From NCBI GenBank assembly GCA_965225945.1, contig CBDDBZ010000036.1, positions 160,001-224,000 on the forward strand: a stretch of 64,000 bases of DNA. Direction: 5' to 3'. The position numbers were made by a program, and so were the translations under genes. The notes below the pieces were generated by a model. It was not told where the DNA came from. It was given only the letters and a program-made list of their open reading frames with translations, and did no database searches. Shown piece by piece: positions 1-10,214 of the stretch. This DNA comes from Alphaproteobacteria bacterium (lineage in GTDB: Bacteria; Pseudomonadota; Alphaproteobacteria; GCA-2731375). Each line of letters starts with the position of its first letter. Within the stretch, counting starts at the first letter, position 1.

Positions 1-76
1 TACCAAGGACAGCCTACGTGAGGCGATCGATGAGTTTCATCGCCGCGAGCGGCGATATGGCGCTACCAACGGCTGA
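1..76 (+). CDS. uppS: Undecaprenyl diphosphate synthase, 3' end only (partial)
   Basis: Frame from base 2 reads TKDSLREAIDEFHRRERRYGATNG*. RERRYG is the typical UppS C-terminus, and the gene sits directly before cdsA. Confidence 0.85.
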   Translation, partial: TKDSLREAIDEFHRRERRYGATNG

Positions 77-869
77 GCCCGCGGGCTCGTCGTTGCGAAC
101 GCGGCTCTTGGCCGCGCTCGTCCTCGCGCCCGTGGCGCTCGCCCTGGTGGTGGCTGGCGGCTGGGCTTTCGCCGCCTTCGTCGCGCTCGGCGCGGCGCTG
201 ATGGCGCGAGAATGGAGCGAGCTGACCGGCGATGGGGGGTCCTGGACGAGCGTTATTTCGTTGGCGGCCGCTCCGGTGCTCGCCTGTTTTCTCGCCGTCG
301 GAGGGTGGATCGACATCGCCTTGGGGCTCGTCCTGCTGGCCGTGCCGATGGTTGCGCTCGGCGCGCGGCTCCTGGGGGCGGCGCCGACCTGGTCGGCGGC
401 GGGTGCTGCGTGGATCGGCCTGCCCTGTCTCGCCCTCGTCTGGCTGCGCGAGGTGCCGGACCAGGGCCTCGTTCTCGTGCTTTGGGTCATGCTGGTGGTC
501 TGGGCCTGCGATTCGCTCGCATATTTCGCCGGCCGGGCCATCGGTGGCCCGAAATTGGCGCCCCGAATTAGCCCGAAGAAGACCTGGGCGGGTCTCGGCG
601 GAGGCTGTCTCGGCGCGGCGCTGGTCGGCGCCGCCATGTCGCCCTGGCTCGGCTTCGGCTCGGCCGTCGTGGCGCCGGCGATCGCCATCTTGTTGGCGGT
701 GGTGGCGCAGACCGGCGACCTCGCGGAAAGTTGGGTGAAGCGACGATTCGACGTCAAGGACAGCGGCCGGTTGATTCCGGGGCACGGCGGCATCTGGGAT
801 CGGGTCGACGGTCTGTTGTTCGCGGCCCCGGCGGTGGCGGCGTTCGTGTTTCTTGGAGAAGGGGGCTGA
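57..869 (+). CDS. cdsA: Phosphatidate cytidylyltransferase
   Basis: Polytopic membrane protein with ISPKKTWAG and SWVKRRFDVKDSGRLIPGHGGIWDRVD motifs. Confidence 0.95.
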   Translation: MALPTAEPAGSSLRTRLLAALVLAPVALALVVAGGWAFAAFVALGAALMAREWSELTGDGGSWTSVISLAAAPVLACFLAVGGWIDIALGLVLLAVPMVALGARLLGAAPTWSAAGAAWIGLPCLALVWLREVPDQGLVLVLWVMLVVWACDSLAYFAGRAIGGPKLAPRISPKKTWAGLGGGCLGAALVGAAMSPWLGFGSAVVAPAIAILLAVVAQTGDLAESWVKRRFDVKDSGRLIPGHGGIWDRVDGLLFAAPAVAAFVFLGEGG

Positions 870-870
870 C

Positions 871-2066
871 ATGAGCGCTTCGCTTGCTCGCGCGGATGGG
901 GAGCCGCGCCGCTTGTCCATTCTCGGCGCCACGGGGTCGATCGGTTGCAGCACTCTCGATCTGGTGACGCGCAATCCCGCGGCCTACGAGGTCGAGGTGT
1001 TGACGGCCTATCGCAACGTCGATGCGCTCGCCCGGCAGGCCCGCACGGTCGATGCCACGCTCGCCGTCGTCGGCGACGCGAACCTTTACAAGGAACTCCG
1101 TGACAGCCTGTCCGGCACCAAAACGGAGGTCGCGGCCGATCCGATGCCCTGGTGGAGGCGGCGACCCGACCCTCGGAATGGGTGATGGCCGGCATCGTCG
1201 GCGCGGCGGGTCTGGCCCCGACGCTGGCGGCGGTGCGCCGAGGCGCGGTGGTGGCGCTTGCCAACAAGGAATGTCTCGTCTGCGCCGGCGAGTTGATGCT
1301 GGCCGAGGTGAAGGCGAACGCGGCGACGCTGCTGCCGGTCGACTCCGAGCATAACGCGATTTTCCAGGTCTTCGACTTCGAGCGTCCGGAACGGGTCGAG
1401 CGGATCATCCTCACCGCCTCCGGCGGTCCGTTCCTGGAGATGGAAGTGGCGGACCTCGCCAACGTCACGCCCGAGCAAGCGGTGGCGCATCCCATCTGGG
1501 ACATGGGCGCCAAGATCTCGGTCGATTCCGCGACGATGATGAACAAGGGCCTGGAGATGATCGAGGCCAATCATCTCTTCCCCGTGGCGCCGGGCCAGAT
1601 CGAGGTGTTGATGCATCCCCAGTCGGTGGTTCACAGCCTGGTCGGCTATGTCGACGGCTCGGTGTTGGCGCAACTGGGCCAGCCGGACATGCGGACGCCG
1701 ATCGCCTACACGCTCGCCTGGCCGGATCGCATCGACACGCCGGCGGCGCGGTTGGATTTGGCCCGGATCGGCGCGCTCACCTTTCAGGCCCCCGACGAGG
1801 TCCGCTTTCCGGCGTTGCGTCTCGCGCGCGCGGCGATGGAGGCCGGGGGGGCCGCGCCGATCATTCTCAACGGCGCCAACGAGATCGCGGTCGAGGCCTT
1901 CCTGGCGCGCCGGATCGGCTTTCTCGACATCGTCGAAACCGTGGAGCGGACCCTGGCGACGATCCCGCATACGGACGTCACCAGTCTCGACGAGGTCCTG
2001 TTGGTGGACGGCGAGGCGCGACGGTTCGCGGGCGAAATCGTGACCACCCGGGCCGGAGCGGCCTAG
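871..2066 (+). CDS. dxr: 1-deoxy-D-xylulose-5-phosphate reductoisomerase, with a one-base frameshift near 1140
   Basis: N-terminal ILGATGSIG lies in the frame of ORF 853-1185. [14 protein letters not shown] and [15 protein letters not shown] lie in the frame of ORF 1152-2066. Confidence 0.92.
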
Positions 2067-2188
2067 TGCGGCGTCCGGCGACAGCAAACCACCCGATAGC
2101 CATCCATGGCGCGGTAGCCTCGGCGTGGTCGGGGGCGGGTGGCCGGGCTGGACCCGGGATGCGGATCGTGCTGTAGGCGGAGCCGACC

Positions 2189-3598
2189 ATGGAGTACGTC
2201 CTCGACGTTGCGATCTACGTCGTCCCGTTTCTCGTGTTGATAACGGTGCTCGTCTACATCCACGAAATGGGCCACTACCTCGTCGCGCGCTGGTGCGACG
2301 TCCGGGTCGATACCTTTTCCATCGGCTTCGGGCGGGAGATCTATGGTTGGACCAACAGGCACGGCACGCGTTGGAAGATCTCCTGGCTTCCGCTCGGCGG
2401 TTACGTCAAGTTCTTCGGCGACATGAACGCCACCAGCGCGCCGAACGGAGAGATCCTCGATGCCCTGACGCCCGAGGAGCGCGAGGTGGCGTTCCATCAC
2501 AAGCGGCTCTGGCAGCGGACGGCGATCGTGATGGGCGGACCGGCCGCCAACCTGATTTACGCCGTGCTGGTGTTGGCGGTGGTGTTCATGACTTTCGGCG
2601 ACCGGCTCACGCGGCCCGAGGTGGGCTATGTCGTGCCCGACGGCGCCGCCGCCACCGCCGGCCTCGAGCGGGGCGATGTCATCCTGGCGGTCGACGGACG
2701 CGGGGTCGATCGCTTCGAGGCTGTGGCGCAGGTCGCCTTTCTCAATCCTGGCAAGCCCATGGAGCTCGACATTCGCCGGGGCGATTCTGAGTTGCGACTG
2801 CGCCTCGTGCCGACGCCGGTGACCACGGACCGTCTGGATGGCGTGGAGCGGACGATTGGCGATATCGGCTTTATCGCGGCGAGCCCCCCGCTGGTGGGCG
2901 GCGTGCGGGTCGGCAGCCCGGCGGAAGCGGCGGGTTTCCAACCGGGCGATCGAATCGTCGCGGTCGACGGCGTGGCGGTGGACGTGTTCTGGCAGCTCCA
3001 GGACATCGTCCGCGCGAGCGCCGGGCGCTCGCTGGATGTCGAGGTTCGTCGTGGCGAGGAGATGGTGAGGCTCGGCGTCGCGGCGGAAAAGACGGCGCTG
3101 CCGGACGGCTCGGGCGGGACCGTGGAGCGCTATCTGATCGGCATTCACGGCGCCCCGCCACCGCCGGTCCGCCTCGGCGTGTCGAAGGCTTTGTCGAGGG
3201 CGCTGACGTATTCCGTCGATCTGGTCGATCAGACGGTCGAATACCTGGGCCAGGTCGTGGCCGGCGATCGCGGCACCGAGGATCTGGGCGGGCCGATCCG
3301 AATCGCCCATGTTTCCGGTTTAGCGGCGAAACACGGTTTGGAGTCGTTCATAATGCTCTCGGTCCTCCTTTCGCTGAATCTCGGCCTGATCAACTTGCTG
3401 CCCGTGCCGGTGCTCGACGGCGGGCATTTGCTGTTGTACGGCCTCGAGGCGTTGCGTGGGCGTCCGCTGACGGAGCGCATGCAGGAGTACGCTTTTCGAT
3501 TTGGGCTCGTGGTGATATTGAGCTTGGCCATATTCGTGACCTGGAACGACCTGGTGCAGCTCCGCATCGTCGACGTCGTCGCCGGCTTGTTCTCGTAG
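2189..3598 (+). CDS. rseP: RIP metalloprotease RseP with two PDZ domains
   Basis: HEMGH and NLLPVPVLDGG motifs; position between dxr and bamA. Confidence 0.96.
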   Translation: MEYVLDVAIYVVPFLVLITVLVYIHEMGHYLVARWCDVRVDTFSIGFGREIYGWTNRHGTRWKISWLPLGGYVKFFGDMNATSAPNGEILDALTPEEREVAFHHKRLWQRTAIVMGGPAANLIYAVLVLAVVFMTFGDRLTRPEVGYVVPDGAAATAGLERGDVILAVDGRGVDRFEAVAQVAFLNPGKPMELDIRRGDSELRLRLVPTPVTTDRLDGVERTIGDIGFIAASPPLVGGVRVGSPAEAAGFQPGDRIVAVDGVAVDVFWQLQDIVRASAGRSLDVEVRRGEEMVRLGVAAEKTALPDGSGGTVERYLIGIHGAPPPPVRLGVSKALSRALTYSVDLVDQTVEYLGQVVAGDRGTEDLGGPIRIAHVSGLAAKHGLESFIMLSVLLSLNLGLINLLPVPVLDGGHLLLYGLEALRGRPLTERMQEYAFRFGLVVILSLAIFVTWNDLVQLRIVDVVAGLFS

Positions 3599-3620
3599 AA
3601 CACCGGTCTCGGGAGGGGGA

Positions 3621-5897
3621 ATGAAGCTACGCGCCGCGTTCGTCGCGACCTTGGCCGCGATCGTGCTTCTGTTCGTCCTGCTCCAGGCGGCATGGGCACA
3701 GGGCGGCGTCATTCGTGAAATCCGCGTCGTCGGCAACAACCGCATCGAGGCGGACACCGTACTCTCTCGCATGCTGCTGGCGCCGGGCGACGCATACGAT
3801 GCGGCGCGCGCCGACCGCTCGCTCAAGGCGCTGTTTGATTCGGGTCTCTTCGCCGACGTCGTCTTCCACCTTCAGGGCGAGGTGTTGGTAGTGACAGTGC
3901 TGGAGAACCCGGTGATCAACCGGATTGCCTTCGAGGGCAACAAGCGCATACCCGACGAGAGCATGGAGCAGGAGGTGGCCCTCAGGCCGCGCGAGGTCTA
4001 CACGCGCAGCAAGATCCAGTCCGCCTCGAACCGCATTATCCAGCTCTATCGCCGCTCGGGTCGCTTCGCCGCCACCGTCGAGCCGAAGATCATCAACCTC
4101 GAGCAGAATCGCGTCGACGTCGCCTTCGAGATCAACGAGGGGCCGCTGACCGGTGTCGGCAAGATCGACTTCATCGGCAATCGCGCCTTCGACGACGGCG
4201 ATCTGCGCGATGTGATCGTGACCAAGGAGACAGCATGGTATCGCTTTCTGACCTCCGCCGATTCCTACGATCCCGATCGCCTGACGCTCGATCGCGACCA
4301 GCTTCGCCGGCACTACCGCGACGAAGGCTACGCCGATTTCCGCGTGCTCTCCTCGGTGGCCGAGCTCACCGCCGATCGCAGGTCCTTCTTCATCACCTTC
4401 AGCGTGGACGAGGGCGAGCCGTATGATTTCGGCGAGATCGACTTGACGACGACGCTCAAGAACTTGGATGTGGAGCAGCTGCGCGGTGAATTGACGACGA
4501 TCCAGGGCGAACGCTTCGACGCCTCCACGATCGAGGACTCGCGGGTCAATCTGGCCGACGCGCTCGGCCAGCTCGGCTATGCCTTCGTCGAGATCCGCCC
4601 CCGGATCAGCCGCGATCGGGAGGCGTTGACCATAGCGATTGCTTACGAGGTCAACGAGGGGCCGAGGGTCTATGTCGAGCGAATCAACATCACCGGCAAC
4701 GTGCGCACGCTCGACAAGGTGATCCGCCGCGAGTTCCGTTTCGCCGAGGGGGATGCCTTCAATACCTCGAAGTACCGCCGATCGCGTCAACGCGTACGCA
4801 AACTGGGCTTCTTCGACCGGGTCGAGTTGACTCGCCAGCCCGGCAGCCAGCCGGACCGCGTGATCGTCAACTTGGACGTGCAGGAGCGCTCGACCGGCGA
4901 GCTGATCTTCGGCGCCGGCTTCTCGAGCTCGGAGGCGCTGATCGGCGACATCTCGATCCGCGAGCGCAACCTGTTGGGCCGCGGCCAAGATCTCAGGATT
5001 TCCGTCGCTGCGTCTTTCGTTCGTCAGCAGATCGACATCTCCTTCACCGAGCCCTACTTTCTGGATCGCGAGTTGGCCTTCGGCGTCGACGCCTTTCACA
5101 CCCGCCGCGATCTCCAAGCGCGGAGCTCGTTCGATCAGAGGTTGACCGGGGGCCGCCTTCGCACCGCGTTCGACATTAACGAACGGCTGCGCGCCTCGCT
5201 CAACTACGGGTTACGGATCGACGTGATCAACGACGTCGATGCCTCCGCCTCGGAGTTCATTAAAGCCGAGGAGGGCGAGGAAGTGACCTCGTCCATCGGC
5301 TATCGGTTGGCTTACGATACCTTGGACGATCGGTTCCTGCCGACCACCGGCTACCGCGTGTCGGTGGTCCAGGAGTTCGCCGGTCTCGGTGGCAGCTCCC
5401 GCTATGTCCAGACCACCGCCAAGTTCGTCTACTACTACCCCTTCACCGACGACTGGGTCGGCAGCATTTTGTTGAATGGCGGTCAGATCATCGGGATCGA
5501 CGACGACATCGGCATCATCAATAGATTCTTCCTCGGCGGCGATAACCTACAGGGCTTTGAGTCCGGCGGCGTCGGTCCGAGGGACGCGGTGACCGACGAC
5601 TCTCTCGGCGGCAACATCTTCGCCGCGGCGACGGCGGAACTCCGCGTGCCGCTCGAATTTTTCAGTGACCTCGGCGTGAGCGGCCGCCTCTTTACCGACA
5701 TCGGTACCCTCTACGACATCGACGTCAACGGCGGCGGTACCTTGCTCGATTCGACCGCGCCCCGCATGTCGGTCGGTGCCGGGATTTCCTGGCGCTCGCC
5801 GTTCGGACCGATCCGGATGGACTTCGCACAGGCGATCGTCAAGGAGAATTTCGACAAGGAGGAGTTCTTCCGTTTCAGCTTTGGCACGAGGTTCTGA
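3621..5897 (+). CDS. bamA: Outer membrane protein assembly factor BamA
   Basis: Signal peptide, POTRA repeats, beta-barrel, SPFGP motif and C-terminal FRFSFGTRF. Confidence 0.97.
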   Translation: MKLRAAFVATLAAIVLLFVLLQAAWAQGGVIREIRVVGNNRIEADTVLSRMLLAPGDAYDAARADRSLKALFDSGLFADVVFHLQGEVLVVTVLENPVINRIAFEGNKRIPDESMEQEVALRPREVYTRSKIQSASNRIIQLYRRSGRFAATVEPKIINLEQNRVDVAFEINEGPLTGVGKIDFIGNRAFDDGDLRDVIVTKETAWYRFLTSADSYDPDRLTLDRDQLRRHYRDEGYADFRVLSSVAELTADRRSFFITFSVDEGEPYDFGEIDLTTTLKNLDVEQLRGELTTIQGERFDASTIEDSRVNLADALGQLGYAFVEIRPRISRDREALTIAIAYEVNEGPRVYVERINITGNVRTLDKVIRREFRFAEGDAFNTSKYRRSRQRVRKLGFFDRVELTRQPGSQPDRVIVNLDVQERSTGELIFGAGFSSSEALIGDISIRERNLLGRGQDLRISVAASFVRQQIDISFTEPYFLDRELAFGVDAFHTRRDLQARSSFDQRLTGGRLRTAFDINERLRASLNYGLRIDVINDVDASASEFIKAEEGEEVTSSIGYRLAYDTLDDRFLPTTGYRVSVVQEFAGLGGSSRYVQTTAKFVYYYPFTDDWVGSILLNGGQIIGIDDDIGIINRFFLGGDNLQGFESGGVGPRDAVTDDSLGGNIFAAATAELRVPLEFFSDLGVSGRLFTDIGTLYDIDVNGGGTLLDSTAPRMSVGAGISWRSPFGPIRMDFAQAIVKENFDKEEFFRFSFGTRF

Positions 5898-5900
5898 GCC

Positions 5901-6473
5901 GTGTTGGGGACTGTCCCGCGCGCGGCGTTGCTCGCCCTGGCGATTCATATGTGCTTGCCGCTGATCTGGGATAGCGGAGCGCGCGCCGCCGAGGCGATGC
6001 CTCCCGCCTTGATCGCAATTCTCGACTTCAAGCGGGTGATGCGGGACAGCGCGGCGTCCAAGGACATCCGGCGCCAGATCGAAGCCCACCGAAAGTCGTT
6101 TCAAGCGGAAATCAAGCGGGCCGAGGGTAAGTTGCGCGAGGAGGAGGAGAGCCTCAAACGGCAGCGCGCAACCATGGCACCCGATGTCTTCGCCAAGCGG
6201 CGGCGCGCATTCGAAAAAAAAGTGATCGCGCTGCAACGCAAGGTCCAGAATCGCACCCGCGCCCTCGACAATGCTCATAGCCGAGCCATGGCGGAACTCA
6301 GGAAGCCTTTCAGAAAGTTGATCTCCGACTTGGCCAAGGAACGCGGTTACAACTTCATCATCGACAACCGGCACATCTACATCAAAATCGACGGTTACGA
6401 CATCACTCCAGAGGTGATGCGACGTCTCGACGAGAAGGTGCCGAAGATCATGGTGCCCAGGCCGGAAAAATGA
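5901..6473 (+). CDS. skp: OmpH/Skp periplasmic chaperone
   Basis: Signal peptide, IAILD, long coiled coil, DITPEV; directly after bamA. Confidence 0.88.
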   Translation: MLGTVPRAALLALAIHMCLPLIWDSGARAAEAMPPALIAILDFKRVMRDSAASKDIRRQIEAHRKSFQAEIKRAEGKLREEEESLKRQRATMAPDVFAKRRRAFEKKVIALQRKVQNRTRALDNAHSRAMAELRKPFRKLISDLAKERGYNFIIDNRHIYIKIDGYDITPEVMRRLDEKVPKIMVPRPEK

Positions 6474-6925
6474 ACGAGGGCGAGGGCGAGGTCGTCGACA
6501 TCTCGCGGATCATGGCGATGATTCCCCATCGCTACCCGATGCTGTTGATCGATCGGGTGGTCGATGTGGTGGCGGGCAGCTCGGCCCGAGGGATCAAGAA
6601 CGTCACGATCAACGAGCCGTATTTTCAGGGCCACTTTCCGAACTTGCCCGTGATGCCGGGTGTGCTGATCGTCGAGGCCATGGCGCAGACGGCGGCGATC
6701 TTGGTGGTACATAGCCTCGGCGCGGAGGCGGAGGGGCGCCACGTCTACTTCGTGTCCATCGACGATTGTCGCTTTCGCCGCCCCGTCAGACCGGGGGACG
6801 TGATGTATATCGACGTCGAGAAGCTTCAGGCTCGGCGCAACGTCTGGCGCTTCAGCGGTACCGTCTTGGTCGGCGGACAACGCGCGGCCGAGGCGAAGTT
6901 CGCCGCGATGATCCTCGACGATTAG
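6470..6925 (+). CDS. fabZ: 3-hydroxyacyl-ACP dehydratase
   Basis: IPHRYPMLLIDRV and FQGHFP..PVMPGVLIVEAMAQ motifs; ATGA overlap with skp. Confidence 0.97.
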   Translation: MNEGEGEVVDISRIMAMIPHRYPMLLIDRVVDVVAGSSARGIKNVTINEPYFQGHFPNLPVMPGVLIVEAMAQTAAILVVHSLGAEAEGRHVYFVSIDDCRFRRPVRPGDVMYIDVEKLQARRNVWRFSGTVLVGGQRAAEAKFAAMILDD

Positions 6926-6988
6926 AGCCATTCAAGATTGCTAGAACCCACTCGTTCCCCCGGCCCGGCGCTTCGGCGGATGCCCATG

Positions 6989-7189
6989 CTATAGCAGGTA
7001 GAGGAGGGTGGCCGACGCGACCGCCACGAGCGCCAGCCAAGCGCTCGCGCGGCGAAACATTGGGCGCGGCGGCTTCGAATTGTCGTTCGCGCCCTGGAGT
7101 CGCGCGCGCCGGGCGAGGCCGAGGTAGCTGGCCGCCGTCCGCGTCGGTGGCGCCAGTGCCCGGGGCCGATGGTCCGCGCTCCGCTTCAT
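6989..7189 (-). CDS. Small hypothetical protein with a C-terminal transmembrane segment
   Basis: 66-aa ORF directly downstream of gltA, containing GANDN and ending in a hydrophobic stretch (WLALVAVASATLLYLL). Confidence 0.45.
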   Translation of the reverse strand: MKRSADHRPRALAPPTRTAASYLGLARRARLQGANDNSKPPRPMFRRASAWLALVAVASATLLYLL

Positions 7190-7222
7190 CCTCGCCCCTC
7201 GCCCCGGTCCGCGCTCGAGTCT

Positions 7223-8518
7223 TCAGCCCCGCCGGTGAAGTGGCACGTACTTGCGCGGCTTCTCGCCGGTGTAGATCTGCCTCGGTCGGCCGATCTTCTG
7301 CATTGGATCCTCGATCATCTCGTTCCATTGCGCGATCCAGCCGACGGTGCGGGCGAGCGCGAAGATCGCCGTGAACATGCTGGTCGGGAAGCCCATGGCC
7401 CGGAGAATGATGCCGGAATAGAAGTCGACGTTGGGATAGAGCTTGCGCTCGACGAAATAAGCATCCTCCAGCGCGATTTTCTCCAGCTCCATCGCCAGTT
7501 TCAGCGTCGGCTCGCTCTTGACCCCCAGCTCGTCAAGCACCTCATGGCAGGTCTGCTGCATCACCTTGGCGCGCGGATCGTAGTTCTTGTAAACCCGATG
7601 GCCGAAGCCCATGAGCCGGAAGGGGTCATCCTTATCCTTCGCCTTGGCGATGAATTGGTTGATTTTCGAGACATCACCGATCTCGCCCAGCATGGCGAGC
7701 ACGGCCTCGTTGGCGCCGCCGTGCGCCGGGCCCCACAGACAGGCGATGCCGGCCGCGATACAGGCGAAGGGATTGGCCCCGGAGGAGCCGGCGAGCCGCA
7801 CCGTCGAGGTCGAGGCGTTCTGTTCATGGTCGGCGTGGAGGATGAAGATGCGGTCCATCGCCCGGATCAACACGGGGTTGGGCTCGTAGTCCTCCGCCGG
7901 CACGCCGAAGGTCATGCGCAGGAAGTTCTCCGTGTAGCTCTGATCGTTCCTGGGATAGAGGAAGGGTTGGCCGATGGAATATTTGTACGCCATCGCCGCG
8001 ATCGTCGGCATCTTGGCGATCAGCCGGTAACTCGCCACCATTCGGTGATGGGGATCGTCGATATCCAGGCTGTCGTGATAGAAGGCGGAGAGGGCACCGA
8101 CCACGCCGACCATGATCGCCATCGGGTGCGCATCGCGGCGGAAGCCGCGGAAGAACTGCACCAACTGCTCGTGGATCATCGTGTGGTAGGTGACGTTGTG
8201 CTCGAACTCGTCCTTCTCATCGCGCGTCGGCAGGGCGCCATAGAGCAGCAGGTAGCAGACCTCCATGAAGTCGCTGTGTTCGGCCAAATCGTCGATCGAA
8301 TAGCCGCGGTAGAGCAGGATGCCTTCATCGCCGTCGATGAAGGTGATCTTGCTCTCGCAGCTCGCCGTCGCGACGAAACCGGGATCATAGGTGAAATGGC
8401 CAGTCTCCGCGTAGAGGCGGCGGATGTCGATCGCTTTTGGGCCCATCGAGCCACTCATCAGCGGGAGCTCGTAGCCCTGGTTCGTGGTGGCGTCGGTCAG
8501 CGTGACGTTTTCGGTCAT
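7223..8518 (-). CDS. gltA: Citrate synthase (type II)
   Basis: [32 protein letters not shown] and YPNVDFYSG motifs. Confidence 0.97.
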   Translation of the reverse strand: MTENVTLTDATTNQGYELPLMSGSMGPKAIDIRRLYAETGHFTYDPGFVATASCESKITFIDGDEGILLYRGYSIDDLAEHSDFMEVCYLLLYGALPTRDEKDEFEHNVTYHTMIHEQLVQFFRGFRRDAHPMAIMVGVVGALSAFYHDSLDIDDPHHRMVASYRLIAKMPTIAAMAYKYSIGQPFLYPRNDQSYTENFLRMTFGVPAEDYEPNPVLIRAMDRIFILHADHEQNASTSTVRLAGSSGANPFACIAAGIACLWGPAHGGANEAVLAMLGEIGDVSKINQFIAKAKDKDDPFRLMGFGHRVYKNYDPRAKVMQQTCHEVLDELGVKSEPTLKLAMELEKIALEDAYFVERKLYPNVDFYSGIILRAMGFPTSMFTAIFALARTVGWIAQWNEMIEDPMQKIGRPRQIYTGEKPRKYVPLHRRG

Positions 8519-8721
8519 TCGTTGGTCCCGATTCGTTGTGGCACCGCGTCGTGGGGCGCCATGGCGCGGACGAGGCGTCATGAACCGCCGCGCGGCTCGA
8601 TGTATCCTTCCCCGTACTATAGGCGAAGCCGGTCAAGCCGGAAATGGGTTCGATTCCCAGGTCGCGTCGGGCGCCGATCAAAAAGATTAACCACGATAAT
8701 TAAGTGCTTGAATAACAATAA

Positions 8722-10128
8722 TTATTCGGCATTGATATCTTCCAGGCGAGCGAGACTTTCCGCGCGCCCGAGCGACCACAGCACGTCATAGATTCCGGGC
8801 GAGACGGCACGTCCCGTCAGCGCGGCGCGTAGCGGTTGGGCGACCTTGCCGAGCTTCAGCCCGCGGTCCTCGACGAAGCCGGCGATGCTCGCCTCCAAGC
8901 TTTCCGGCGACCAAGGCTCGATCGCGCCGAGGATTCCGGCGACCTCGCCCAGGAGTGCCCGCGCGTCGGCGTTGCTGAGCGCCTTGGCCGCCTTCTGGTC
9001 GGGAGCGAGCGGGCGTTCGGCGAGGCAGAAGGCCGCTGCCTCGGCCAACTCGACCACCGTCTTGGCTCGGCTGGCGAGCGCCGGCAGCGCGCGGCGGAGG
9101 CGGGAGACCGTCTCCTCGCCGAGGGTGCGACCGGTCTCCCGCTCGATTTGGGCGACGAGATGCGGCAACAGCAGGTCCTCGCCGGCGGTCCTGAGGTAGT
9201 GGGCGTTGACGCTGTTCAGCTTGGCGAAATCGAAGCGCGCCGCCCCCTTGTTGACGGCGGCGAGGTCGAACCATTCGATCGCCCTAGGCCGGCTGATGAT
9301 CTCGTCGTCGCCGTGGCTCCAGCCGAGACGCAGCAGGTAGTTGCAGATCGCCTCCGCCAGATAGCCCATGTCGCGATAGTCCTGGACGCCAAGCGCCCCA
9401 TGCCGCTTGGAAAGCTTGGCCCCGTCTTCGCCGTGAATCAGGGGGATGTGCGCGAAGGCCGGTGGCGTCCAGCCCATCGCCTGGTAGATCGTCAGTTGCC
9501 GCGCGGCGTTGGTCAGGTGATCGTCGCCCCGGATCACGTGGCTCACCTCCATGTCGTGATCGTCGACCACCACCGCCAGCATGTAAGTCGGCGTGCCGTC
9601 GCTCCGCAGCAGCACCATGTCGTCGATCTGCGCGTTCTGGGTCACCACGTCACCCTGGACCGAATCGTGGACGATCGTCTCGCCCTCGCGCGGCGCCTTG
9701 ATGCGAATCACCGGGTCGCCGCCAGCGGGCGCTTCCGCCGGGTCGCGGTCGCGCCAGCGCCCGTCATAGAGCATCGAACGTCCTTCGGCCCGGGCGGCCG
9801 CGCGCATCGCCGCCAACTCCTCCGGAGTGGCCCAGCAGCGATAGGCCTCGCCCTGGCGCACCAATTCGCGCGCCACCTCGGCGTGCCGCTCGGCCCGGGC
9901 GAATTGCGAGACCACCTCGCCGTCCCAATCGAGGCCGAGCCATTCGAGGCCGTCGAGAATGGCGGCGATCGCCGCCTCGCTCGATCGGGCGCGGTCGGTA
10001 TCCTCGATCCTGAGGCGGAAGCGACCGCCGTGGTGGCGGGTGAAGAGCCAGTTGAAGAGCGCCGTGCGCGCGCCACCGATATGGAGGAATCCCGTCGGCG
10101 AGGGGGCGAAGCGGGTGACGACGGTCAT
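8722..10128 (-). CDS. gltX: Glutamate--tRNA ligase
   Basis: [14 protein letters not shown] (HIGH) and KLSKR (KMSKS) motifs. Confidence 0.97.
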   Translation of the reverse strand: MTVVTRFAPSPTGFLHIGGARTALFNWLFTRHHGGRFRLRIEDTDRARSSEAAIAAILDGLEWLGLDWDGEVVSQFARAERHAEVARELVRQGEAYRCWATPEELAAMRAAARAEGRSMLYDGRWRDRDPAEAPAGGDPVIRIKAPREGETIVHDSVQGDVVTQNAQIDDMVLLRSDGTPTYMLAVVVDDHDMEVSHVIRGDDHLTNAARQLTIYQAMGWTPPAFAHIPLIHGEDGAKLSKRHGALGVQDYRDMGYLAEAICNYLLRLGWSHGDDEIISRPRAIEWFDLAAVNKGAARFDFAKLNSVNAHYLRTAGEDLLLPHLVAQIERETGRTLGEETVSRLRRALPALASRAKTVVELAEAAAFCLAERPLAPDQKAAKALSNADARALLGEVAGILGAIEPWSPESLEASIAGFVEDRGLKLGKVAQPLRAALTGRAVSPGIYDVLWSLGRAESLARLEDINAE

Positions 10129-10214
10129 TCGTGTTCCCCGAAGGATGACAAGGGGAGCGGAAGAGCGGCACACTCCCTAGCACAACCTCCGGATCATGGC
10201 GATAGAACCCAATC

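Noticed and set aside
8646-8658. GGGTTCGATTCCC, resembling a tRNA T-arm
   Set aside because: No acceptor stem, D-arm or anticodon arm can be built around it.
8687-8703. Possible CtrA site upstream of gltA
   Set aside because: The TTAA half-sites are 9 nt apart rather than the canonical 7.
7169-8791. Long antisense or overlapping ORFs (e.g. 14-1570, 7169-8791, 18760-21165, 32969-35791, 40344-42227, 60724-62262)
   Set aside because: Shadow ORFs expected in high-GC DNA opposite well-supported genes; they carry no motifs.
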